DNA of 59,187 nt, filler included, from Sphacelaria rigidula (lineage: Eukaryota): NCBI GenBank assembly GCA_964200075.2. It is 9 parts of 9 records of this genome, joined end to end, with 100 filler letters (N's around TTAATTAATTAA, not from the genome) between each part and the next. Parts side by side here need not be neighbours in the genome. Positions count along the whole stretch, not along the records: positions 46,114 to 52,600 come from CAXNAA020019792.1; positions 52,701 to 59,187 come from CAXNAA020019793.1; 7 more parts are not named here. One strand, 5' to 3'. A model generated the notes under the pieces. The model searched no databases. It saw nothing but the letters and a program-made list of their open reading frames with translations, and was not told the DNA's origin. Of the stretch, positions 49,383 through 59,187 are shown in pieces. The number at the start of each line of letters is the position of its first letter. Position 1 is the stretch's first letter. A program made the position numbers and the translations under genes.

Positions 49383-51152
49383 CTGCCCTCGCCGTCGTCG
49401 CATTTTTTTTGGCGAAAAATAGCCAGTCAAAAGCACCACCGCCGAAATAGTAGATTTCAGTTCCGAAAGTAAAAATGGCGCGCCATTCGGAAGCCACGAC
49501 AGCTCCTTGTACAATGATGTGGCTGTTTCTATTGCCATACCGTTTACCTACAAGCAAACCCGTTAATGTCGAGAGTACGCTCCGAGTATCGTACGGTCTG
49601 CTCCCACTACTAGACTCAAAGAGTATATCCGGTGAGTGTTGAGCGGGCCTTTGTTCCGTAGGACTTGCTCCTATTTTTCTTGTGCTGGGGTCCCTCAAGA
49701 GAAGAGTTTGGGACTCTATTTATTTTATTCGCCGCACCTTCCTTTGCTTTCGGCCCCCCAACATAATTTTTCGACCTCGATGATTTTTCGGCCCCAAAAT
49801 GTGTCGCGGTAGGCCCGTAGGCAGGCCGGCGCGCCGACTTCAGCCAATTCGGCCTTCCGCATTTTACCGCAAAACTCAAATATGCCATTGCTGCTTTGTA
49901 TTTTGGGAGTCGACTACGACAGTTCTGAAAGGGGTAGGGTCTAGCTCCGCAGAAATCGGCTTTGAAAAATAAACTCCCCAAGGAAGGAAAGGGGCCACGA
50001 AAAAAAACTATTTCCCAAAATCGCCATTTTTGGGCTCCGGAAAGTGAAAACGGGCTTCTCGGGCTAGAGCCTACAAAACAAAGGTCTAGTGTTCACCCAA
50101 CGTTCGAGATTCAGAACCTGAAATTTTGAAATTTTGAGGAGAGGAGACCATCCGAAAGGGCATGACAGAGGGCGTTTTCTTTTTTTTTTGTAATTTAGGT
50201 TTATTTAGGGAAATTTTACCGAAAAAGGTTCTACTTTTTCATCTCCAGAAAAGAAGAAAAATACTCCTGAAGCATGGCGTTCGTTCCAAGGGTCGACGCG
50301 CTTCTCTCCTCAATATCTTAGGTTCTCACTCTCAAACCTCGAGTGAAACTATTCAAGATATGTAGAATATGTAGACCTCAGACAGTGTGAAAAGCGCGTA
50401 CATAGATATTCGCCCTGAATATTGTTTGGCTGAACGTTTCAAGGGTTGGACATATTGATGATTCGTCTGGAAATTACTTGATTTTAGTGTAATTTATTCA
50501 TACCGTACGAATCAATCCTTGGGCCTTGTTTGCAGCGTTGCAACCCAGGTACGCGCAGCCCAGGCATGTGGAATGGCGGAAAAGTTGCGTAGAGATCTTG
50601 ACCAGCGGTCGGCTTTTCTCATATCTTTCGAGCAATCAGGCCTAAGAAATCGTGGATCTGGTGATTCGAACCGGCGATGATGCATCCGACCCGTGGAACT
50701 TTTACACGGGTAGTCGGGGACGGGACTTCTGCAGGCATGTCTACTAGCGGAGGGCGCTGGATCCTGCGCGGCTTTTGAAGACCTGCACGTGAGAGGGCCT
50801 GGATCTTGCGTGGCTTTCCAGTCTTTGGACTAAAGTTTTGTTTTGTTGGATAATAACGTAGTACTACTGCGATATACTTGGTGCGTCATATACACTCTCC
50901 CCTTGGCTGCTTTTGGCCAATTTTTGGAGATTGTGGACTACGGTGTCTTGAACAATACGAACGAATTTACTTAGCCTGACCACCGCTTGGCCTTGGGTGT
51001 CAAATACTCCTCGGGAATGACAAAATGTGTACAGTAGTACTTGTGAAACACGACAAAATCAATATAGCACTTGTGGAGTAGGACAACTGCAATCATGTCT
51101 TGTATTTTAGGAGGGAAGGGAGAGGGGGGGGGCGGGGTGTATAGGCCATGAT

Positions 51153-51240
51153 TTTGATTGACTGATTGATTGTCGCACTTTTAACTGATTCCCCAGGGAT
51201 CCAGTCATGGTGACATGATGGACGTACCCGAGACAAACCA
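51153..51240 (-). mobile_element. 5'-truncated (AATC)n-tailed retroposon
   Basis: GATTGACTGATTGATTGTCGCAC...TTAACTGATTCCCCAGGGA matches the 3608-3700 region. Confidence 0.7.
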
Positions 51241-51553
51241 AGAATGAAAATGTGAATATATACTACAAAATTGCCTACAGATATCAATATAGAAGCCGCA
51301 GCCATGTTGTGCTTTACGAGAAACATGGATATTTGAAAGGTTCCGTACACACAACGCGTTGATAACTCTACACACGCACGAGCCACGTGTTGTTATCTCG
51401 CACAAACACACAAACACTACCATACCGTTCCTTCACCAACCCATCTGTCACGAGACTGTAATTTGGACCATGATCTTGCTTCGTTTCACCACTCCCGTGC
51501 TGTACCTCATCCTTATCCTGTAATTAGAGGAGGGGGGTGACGATGCCTCTCAC

Positions 51554-51725
51554 CTCGAGCAAAAACCGGTTCTCGAAGTTGCTGAGGGGCGCTTCCCAGA
51601 ACGAGCCGATGTAAACCCGACACACCTCCGGGGTTTGCATTACCTTGCCTAGGGACCACATCAGGGCGCCGTAGACCCGCATGAGCTGCTGCGTGTCGAT
51701 CGTGTCGGCCTTGTTCAACAGCACC
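51554..51725 (-). CDS. EHD1: EHD-family ATPase, G-domain exon (G4 NKAD)
   Basis: cag|G GTG...GAG|gtgag gives VLLNKADTIDTQQLMRVYGALMWSLGKVMQTPEVCRVYIGSFWEAPLSNFENRFLLE, near-identical to the EHD consensus. Confidence 0.95.
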
Positions 51726-51939
51726 CTGTTATATTTGTTTTGTGGGTATTTTGAGCACTGTACATCAGATACGCCGGAAAAGGCACGACGTGAACAAAAG
51801 TCACAACCGCCGACACCTGTCTCAAGTACACACACTTCGCACCATAATTCCAAAGCGTCTGTATTTTCGCCTGATACTCTGGGTCAACGTGAGCCCCATG
51901 CGGGTGTTACTTTGAAGTGTTCATGGCGAGGACGGAGAG

Positions 51940-52512
51940 GCGGTGGGTCCTCATGATCTTGCATGCAGTAGTCATATGATCATTGACCTCGCATCCCCAC
52001 AAAGCCGGGGCGGAGCACGCCGGGTTTCCGCCGGACCAGAATTGCTATCAATCACCAAGCGCGAAGCGCCGTGATGTGTTTGGCGAGTCGCAGGAAGAGT
52101 GAGCTGCATCATGCTGAGATGTTCGGTCCCAAGCGTACTGATTATCTTGCGTTTGGATGACAGCCTCCAACGTGTTGCTTCATTTCTCGTATCGCCACCT
52201 CCAGAGACAGCCACGGCTTACATACATGCTGCCTCATGGCCTCCTCATCATTCAAACACAGCGTAGTATGATCATCCCCTTTGCGCGGAATTAAGTTTCT
52301 CCCACCCCGCACAACATGACCTAGCTCGACCACCATCATGGCTACCGCAAAAAAACGCAAGCGAGCAAAACAAACTGCAACTTGGTTGGCCGGCTTACAC
52401 AGCGAGTGGCGTGTTTTACAGCGTCATCGCCAACCGACGCCAATCTTATACGGGGTCCGTCCCCATAAAGCCGGGGCGGAGCACGCCGGGTTTTCGCCGG
52501 ACCATGGGGGGG
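51940..52512 (-). mobile_element. Apparently full-length unit of the poly(C)-bounded Penelope-like non-autonomous element
   Basis: G-rich tract, ~50-bp tail, repeat 51995-52038, body, repeat 52461-52504, then G8. Confidence 0.8.
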
Positions 52513-52756
52513 GCGTACTCATTTGTCACCATGGGGGGGGGGGGGGGGGGATCTCGGTTTTTTTACCCTTGTGGGTGTGAACATGACGACGCACTCCCCT
52601 NNNNNNNNNNNNNNNNNNNNNNNNNNNNNNNNNNNNNNNNNNNNTTAATTAATTAANNNNNNNNNNNNNNNNNNNNNNNNNNNNNNNNNNNNNNNNNNNN
52701 GTACAATGTCCAAACGCCGAGGCAAGCCAACTTCGAATACCCCCCCCCCCCCGCCC

Positions 52757-52817
52757 CCGGCGAGGTCAATGGTCTTATGTCCATGGCATGCATGATCATG
52801 AGTACACCCCCCCCCCG
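52757..52817 (+). mobile_element. Tail-only copy of the poly(C)-bounded element between two C tracts
   Basis: C-run, GCGAGGTCAATGGTCTTATGTCCATGGCATGCATGATCATGAGTACA, then C10. Confidence 0.75.
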
Positions 52818-52871
52818 GCCGCGCGCCCTCTCCCTCGCTATTTTTTCCCTCTTAGTGTTTTACAAGCGGCA

Positions 52872-53428
52872 GTTTGGCGCCTTGCTTCCGTAGGGCTCAT
52901 CATGTGTGACAGCTCATGCCCAAAATGTGTGGTCGATATAGCTGTGCCTCAATCTGCTCCCACGGAATATTTGTTTTCTTTCTTGTATGAGTGCATGTGC
53001 TCTTTACGCAAGGCCTTATTCACCTGAAGTAATGCAGCAGGGACCGACTATTGCAAGGTTTACTTCGTCACTTATTTATTCATATATGCAGACATTTCCC
53101 CCCTAGATCTCGCCCAAATAGTGCGGTCGCAGGAGATGAGCCGCGAACTTTTCTTTTCCGTTGACCTTTTGTTCTGCGCAAGAGATTTTCCGCCGAAGCC
53201 ATGTCGCAGAGGTCGGCGATTTTTTTTTTCTTCCTATTCGGTTATTTTCTTCTTCTGTCTTAGTCTACCATGTTCTTCTATTCTACCTTTTTGTGTTTGT
53301 TCTTTTTCTCTAGCGAGTGTTTCAGTGTTGTTTTGTCTCGGGCACGTCTACCATGTGACCACGGCTGAATCCCTGGGAGACCCGTTAAAAAGCTGCGACA
53401 AACAATCCATCGACCAATCAATCAATCT
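52872..53428 (+). mobile_element. (AATC)n-tailed retroposon, longest copy
   Basis: Homologous to 3608-4000 (-). Ends GCTGCGACAAACAATCCATCGACCAATCAATCAATC. Confidence 0.7.
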
Positions 53429-53615
53429 CCTCTGTTCATTTCCTTTCCCCCTTGAGCTTGTTTCGCGTACGTTTTTGTTTTCCGTTTGTCATTTTTACTT
53501 CCTTCGTGGACCCTATCTTTTCGTTTTGTCCGCTTTTCTTCTTTTTAGGGATCGTTTCCGTTTTGTATACTCTGGGAGAGTCTAGATTATGACCACAGTT
53601 GGATCCCTTCGGGAT

Positions 53616-54207
53616 TAGTAGACTTTTGCTTTTCATGCGCGCATATGATTTCGCACAAAACGGGGTTTTGCGCATGACCTTATTATGCGTTTTTTTTAAA
53701 ACATATATATTTTGGAGGTTTCAGCATAACGAAGGCATCAAAGCCAAGTTTTACGCATAACTTGGCGCATAAAGTACTCCAACGGGGTTATGCACCCCAT
53801 GCCCAGCAGCTAGTCCCACGGATGCTCCATGTGGCGTGGCTCGTCGAGTCGTGGCGTTTGTGTTCGTCATTTCTTTTCTTTTACTTTGTCGCGGGTCTGA
53901 TATCGGGCGCTGTGCTGTATGTGAACTACTTTATCTTTACGCGAAACTAACAAAAAAAATACAAGTGTCATATTTCACATCAGACGTAGGCTTTTGCTTT
54001 TTATGCACATTTTGTTTTCATGCTGGAAGGTACGTTCCATGAGGGGTGCCGGCAGGAACCGCCTCAAGAAAAAACGCGAAAAAGGCGCACAAGTCGCGCA
54101 TTTCTAACATGACTACGCATAAATCGGCGCATAACTTCCACTTTTGCGCATCAAAATAAATGAAATGAAACGCATGAACCAAAATGCGCGTAAAAAGCAA
54201 AATCGTA
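53616..54207. mobile_element. Degenerate hAT-like MITE with CGCATA subterminal repeats
   Basis: TAGACTTTTGCTTTTCATGCGCGCAT / ATGCGCGTAAAAAGCAAAATCGTA, with an imperfect 8-bp TSD TTCGGGAT / TTCGAAAT. Confidence 0.6.
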
Positions 54208-54290
54208 TTCGAAATAAGTCAATGTGCGACAATCAATCAATACAGACATCAATCAATCAACCAATCAATCAATCAACCGAAGCAATGCTA

Positions 54291-54524
54291 CGGTAGGGTT
54301 GCACTTTTTGCGCGAAATCTTGTCTGATTCAGGGGCTCCTAAAGATTCTACACGCACAAGGACATGGCGCAGGGCACCCCCGTTTGTAAATTAATTCGGG
54401 ATATCCGTAGCGCATTGGAATAGTAATCCTGGCGTACTCTCACATATTTCATAAGTCGTGTTTTAGATCAGATGAAGGGCTCCTAACAGTTCCTATTTTA
54501 CAAAATATTTGTGCACCCCTACCG
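54291..54524. mobile_element. Family C TA-flanked MITE, copy 2
   Basis: TA|CGGTAGGGTTGCAC ... GTGCACCCCTACCG|TA, collinear with 12230-12464. Confidence 0.8.
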
Positions 54525-54935
54525 TAGCATCTCTCACCAACCACCTCGCAGCGAATCTGACCGTGAACGGATCACCGAATTTCAATACCCAAGAAGACAC
54601 AACATATTTTTCGGTTGCAAGGTCAGTGCTTTTCTTGAAATATGCAGGCGTTACCGTATATGTAAATATGAAACTTCGGGACGCACTGTACGCGATTCGC
54701 AGAAAAACGGAAACTGTACCATTGCGCCTTCTTGCATTCGTGCACCGAGCACACCAGTTTTCATGTGTGCCTCGTGAAAACGCACGTTTTGGGAGGCAAT
54801 CAACGCATGAGAGATGAAGGTAAAATGACGCAAAGTGGGCTAGTACCCTCCAAATTTTCGCCGTTCGGGGGATCCTCGGGCAGCCCCTACGGGCAGTTTC
54901 TTGCCGGCGGCGGCGGCCGCTTCCAAAGGCCCCAT

Positions 54936-55366
54936 AACACGGGATTTCATGAATCGGGGATGGATGTTCTATTGAGGATGAAAACCCGGAGGATTAAAAT
55001 CTTCGTATCCACACCAAATCTTCGCAGTATGCTTCCATTTCTTCACTTGCTGATAGCTATTGGCAACTACTACACGACATACAAATTTGGATTTCGATAC
55101 CCGAAATATCGGGGTCCTAGGTGAAAAACCAATTTTGGCGTCCGATCGGACACCTAAAATCCCCCAAAATTGGTTTTCCATCTGGGACCCTGACACTTCG
55201 GTTATCGCAACCCAAATTTGTATGGTGTGTAGTGGTTGTCAATAGCTACCAGCAAGTGAAGAAATGGAGGCATACTTCGAAGATTTGGTGTGGATACGAA
55301 GATTTTAATCGTCCGGGTTTTCATCCCTAAGAAAACATCCATCCCGAATTTGTAAAATCGCGTGTT
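54936..55366. mobile_element. Foldback MITE, family A copy 2
   Basis: Same ATTAAAATCTTCGTATCCACACCAAATCTTC arms and central CCGATCGG as 1037-1474. Confidence 0.85.
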
Positions 55367-56239
55367 CTGATCAGGTTAATAGGAAGCCTCATGCACCGGG
55401 TGCATTGTCGCGGGAAGTTTTAGGCCTGCCATGGCCAGTTGAGACCAGGTATCATTTAGGTAATTAATTCACCCATGTTTGCGTACTCATTTATTGCTTG
55501 CCTTAGTCGTTTGACCATTGTGTGTGTGGGGGGGGAGGGGGGATAGAGACGATGCAGCCCCAAGCAACGTAATAGCAATGGCTATGCTTCTGGTTTTGGA
55601 ACCGCTGCCCCAACTGGTAAACACACATGTACATCGGAAAAGTTCTAACGCGATGATATCATACTTTGAAGTATACCGCTAGGGAGGTGCTGAAGATAGC
55701 CGCGAAGCGTCATCGACAAGCGAAGCGTCATCGACAAGAACGATCGGGATCTTTGATCCATTGGTGACGTACTGACCTTGTATGCTGAGTAGTACCGAAC
55801 ATCTTCATTCGGCAACGAAGAGGCTACGCGTTGGTCGCGAGTGTCCGGTACACTGGGGATACGCGTTGTTGCGCAGTGACGCTCACTTAATGGTGAAATC
55901 AGACCACCCCTTCTTCTGTCTACGAAGAGAGTAGCAAATTACCCCAAACTGTTACAAAAATCCATGCGATAAGGTATTTGTGCATAGCACACTACATCAG
56001 TATTCGAAGCTGCAGCCGGCGGGCAATTTCAAGCGCTCGCTTGCGTTGCAGCAAGTGTTTGAAGCTGTTCAAATAGGCGCCCACGGTGGCGTTTTAGCGC
56101 TCGACGGCTTTTCGAGCCTCGCTTAAACCCCCTCTTTGGGTAGAGCCCCCGTGATCTGAGGTCTCTCGTGTTGCCTTGACTCGGCATTTGGGCAAACTAA
56201 AATCTGACAAAAACAAGGATGGGTCAGCTATTGAGGTTG

Positions 56240-56325
56240 GGTGACAAGTTAGGTGACAAGTCAGGTGATAAGTTAGGTAACAATTTAGGTGACAAGTTAG
56301 GTGACACGTTACGTGACAAGTTACG
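56240..56325. repeat. 12-bp minisatellite (GGTGACAAGTTA) x ~7
   Basis: Tandem units are directly visible, with single substitutions. Confidence 0.9.
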
Positions 56326-56413
56326 TTGAGCCCTTGGGCAGAGAAAGCGAGAGAGCCGCATATAGCCTAAATCCGCTCCATGGATCTGTCAGCTGGCCAT
56401 AAACGCCGGTTTA

Positions 56414-56974
56414 TCACGGGACATTTTCGAGCAAAATCTCGTCGGACACAAGGCCACTCCGCTCCTGCACCTCAAATAGCGTAGACGTCATTCCCAACGC
56501 CGTTCTACGGCTACCACCCCCAACATCACCACCACCCCGATCATTTCGTCTAGCCATTATCGTCGCTTTTCTAAGGAATCCAGATAGGAAACCCCCTTCG
56601 GGAGTAGGCACCCCGTCCTCGTCCTCGTCCTCATTACCACCGGCTTTCATAACCCATGCTGCCACCATGGCCTCCACTTCTTCCAAAGTGTTGCTGGCGC
56701 GCGCTTCAATCGGCCCCAACCTCTCACTGTCCTCATCTCGGCCGAGCATCTCGGGTGACACGTACAAGTGTATGAGTCGTTGGAGAGCGAGAAGGCGGAC
56801 GTTTTCTTGCTCCTCCAGCATCCGTCGCCTCGTTTCGATTCTTCGATTTCTGAGCGTTTCGGCCATATGATCGACCTCGGCGTGAAGGCTGTGCAGGATA
56901 CCTCGAGCGGCGGCGTGTCGTGCTGCGCCCTCGGCGACTCGATCGAGCACGTCCGGCAAAAAAATCGTTTTGAT
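56414..56974 (-). CDS. Probable last exon of a radial spoke protein 3 (RSP3)-like protein with C-terminal extension
   Basis: cgtag|ATC AAA opens a 187-codon frame to TGA. IKTIFLPDVLDRV(x10)RGILHSLHAEV has the spacing of the RSP3 I...FLP.....V(x10)R..L..L..EV motif, recalled from memory. Confidence 0.55.
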   Translation of the reverse strand: MKTIFLPDVLDRVAEGAARHAAARGILHSLHAEVDHMAETLRNRRIETRRRMLEEQENVRLLALQRLIHLYVSPEMLGRDEDSERLGPIEARASNTLEEVEAMVAAWVMKAGGNEDEDEDGVPTPEGGFLSGFLRKATIMARRNDRGGGDVGGGSRRTALGMTSTLFEVQERSGLVSDEILLENVP

Positions 56975-57084
56975 CTACGCAACAAAGGGCAAAAGGCGTG
57001 CCATGAGCGGCAAGGGGAAGCGGCGGCGGGAGTAGGATGGAAGGGACAGAGGGAAAGTAAGGGAGGAAGGGAGGGGGGGGGGCG

Positions 57085-58980
57085 TAATTATTTGTTGCTT
57101 GCCGTGGTAATCCAACCATTGATCACGCACTCCTTTCGAGACAGAGCACCGTCCCTGCTCCTAGTAGAGATCTCCAGCATTTGGGAGCTCAGTACGTTTT
57201 CTCCACAAATCATGCAAGGAACCTGGTACATGTGTTATCCCCCCTTCTGTTTCGCTGTCTGTGGCCACCAACTATCTCCTAGTATAGCCATCGTTATCTC
57301 GCTACTCTTTTGTACCAAACGATTTCATGTCGCATTCGTGTAGTTCCCACATTTCTCCATCTAACACGCCCTACTCCTCCTTGCATTGTCACATGGGTAA
57401 TCTGTGCATCTACTTCCTCCTCCACTCGACTACTGATGGATCTATTCCTTCTTCCTGGCGAGTCCAGGTCCTCCACCCAAAATCGCAGTTTCATGTTTTC
57501 GCGGAGTCCAAGGGGTCATGCAGGTATGTTTTCATCCCCGCCCCCTCTCTCAATCCCCCGTATGTCTTCAGGTGTTCTTCTTCGTCTACTTTCCGCATTA
57601 GCTCTTCTTCTTCCCCCACTTTCTATTACGTGTCTTACTTCTGTCTTGGACCCCCACATGTACGTATAGCCACCACTCTTTGTGGTTTCCTCCTATAGCT
57701 CTCCATATGTTCTCGACTACACTATTCCACCTTACTCCAGCCTGCCCTTTCATTACTTCCTTCCATACAGCTCTATCACTTATGGCTAGCAAACTCTTGC
57801 CTGGCTTGTTCCTTGCGCTATTTTGCCATTACATTTTTCTCAGGTTTCTATTTACTTCAAGTGGGTACATTCCTAATTCTGCTCTCAACACTAAGTACTC
57901 GTCATATATGAGCATCCAGGAATTTTCTCAGCTGCTGTCATCTGTACTGTTTGCAGCTGCTTCACCAACTTCGATATCCCTTCTCACGCTTCTCTTGCAT
58001 ACTCTAGAATAGTTTTGATACACTCACACTCATCAGAATACATCGCTTATACTAGTGTCGAGGTGAGAGCCTCTTAGGATCACGTTCATCTTGACTATCT
58101 GTGCATTATCATTTCCTACTACCTCATTTATTTGTGCATCCCAATCTTTCTGGTGTTTCTGATATCCCCATAAAATCATCCGCGAACGTCAATCCCGACG
58201 CCGTATCTTCTCCCATCCAGACTCCTTGCTTTGCTGCTTCTATTGCTACTATCATCTCACTAATACATACCTTTCAAGGAGGCGGGTGATCACGTACGTC
58301 CTTGTGCAACTCGTCGTAAAACATCAACATTCTTCGATGTTTCCTCATCTAGCATCATAGCAAATGTCGCACCCTCTGTCATCTTCTCTACCATTCTCCT
58401 TACCTTTCCACTGATGGCAGTTTCCCACATCTTTTCCCACGGCCAATTTCTCCCTACTGTGTCATTGGCCTTCTGTACATCAAGAAAAGACATATCACGT
58501 TGTTAGCCCCACGTCTTTCCTACCTTGAAAATAATAATACGTAGTGCGTACACATGGTCTACCCGGCTGCGGCTAGATCTAAACCCTGCTTACCCCTCGC
58601 TGAGTTTTTCTCCCTTCTTCAGCATCGTTCCCATTCTAGCGTTCAGCATCTTACAGAATGTTTGCGTGCGGTGCTCAGTATCGCTATCCCTCTGTAATTT
58701 CCCGGGTCAATCTGGTCTTCTTTCTCCAAAAGGTTTACTACTACTGCTTCTCTCCACCTCTTGGGTGTGTACTCGTTTTCCCATATCCAATTATACCACA
58801 TAACCATCGTGGTGATTATTCCCTCTTCCCTGTTCTTCAGAAATTCACTTACTACTCCGTCTGCCCCTGCTGCCTTTTTGCTCTCAAGTTTAGCTACACT
58901 TTCCTTCGCTTCCTCTAGCGAATTCTCTCTGCACTTCTTTTGAACCATTATCTTCCCGTTTTTGTGCCTCTACTGTTGCC
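57085..58980 (-). mobile_element. Degenerate LINE ORF2 (reverse transcriptase and C-terminus), frameshifted
   Basis: Minus-strand peptides KKAAGADGVVSEFLK, PKRWREAVVVNL..K..DPGNYRGI, FLDVQKANDTV, VAQG, LTFADDF and KLRFWVEDLD. Boundaries approximate. Confidence 0.9.
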
Positions 58981-59121
58981 CCTGCCCACGCGTTGGTTTC
59001 TCTCGTCGGGACTCTTGTTTGTTGTTGGTGTTCCTACTTCTCGGCAGTGCTCTACTAGAACTTCCCCCTTCCCCTTCGAACCACAATGGGGACCATTTTG
59101 ACCATTCTGTGCTCTTAGTGA

Positions 59122-59187
59122 GATGGGGTCTACTCATGATCATCTATGCCATAGTCATTTGACCATTGACCTCGCATCCCTACAAAG
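59122..59187 (-). mobile_element. Tail of the poly(C)-bounded element at the contig end
   Basis: GGGGTCTACTCATGATCATCTATGCCATAGTCATTTGACCATTGACCTCGCATCCCTACAAAG. Confidence 0.75.

Noticed and set aside
52120..52140. Twister-like GGTCCCAAGC motif
   Set aside because: Present in one copy only, and the other twister elements are missing.
55702..55737. 18-bp direct duplication GCGAAGCGTCATCGACAA (also a ~34-bp direct repeat at 38998-39080)
   Set aside because: Ordinary slippage-type duplications with no further structure.

Overview
This is eukaryotic, transposon-dense DNA, most likely from a brown alga or another photosynthetic stramenopile (inferred from short exons in long introns, an ALA|F bipartite plastid presequence and a flagellar RSP3-like exon). 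It is not one locus. Nine unrelated contigs of 6487-6488 bp are joined by eight artificial 100-bp N44-TTAATTAATTAA-N44 linkers. Gene fragments: the last four exons of an EHD-family ATPase that stops without an EH domain, exon 1 of an RPAIN-like gene head-to-head with exon 1 of a plastid-targeted threonine aldolase, the last exon of NAD(P) transhydrogenase, an RSP3-like last exon, and weaker TTLL-like and single-pass membrane exons. The rest is mostly repeats: hAT, piggyBac, Tc1/mariner, Harbinger and Ginger-like non-autonomous elements (often nested, several with target-site duplications, TSDs), two degenerate LINEs, an (AATC)n-tailed retroposon, and a 6.5-kb (NAT)n satellite with a ~1566-bp higher-order period. 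The most interesting signal is a ~0.5-kb non-coding retroelement seen about 12 times. It is bounded by poly(C)/poly(G) tracts and has 44-bp direct repeats, an invariant tail, variable truncation of the other end and a partial-tandem copy, which is the architecture of a non-autonomous Penelope-like element. All family assignments come from recalled motifs, not database searches.
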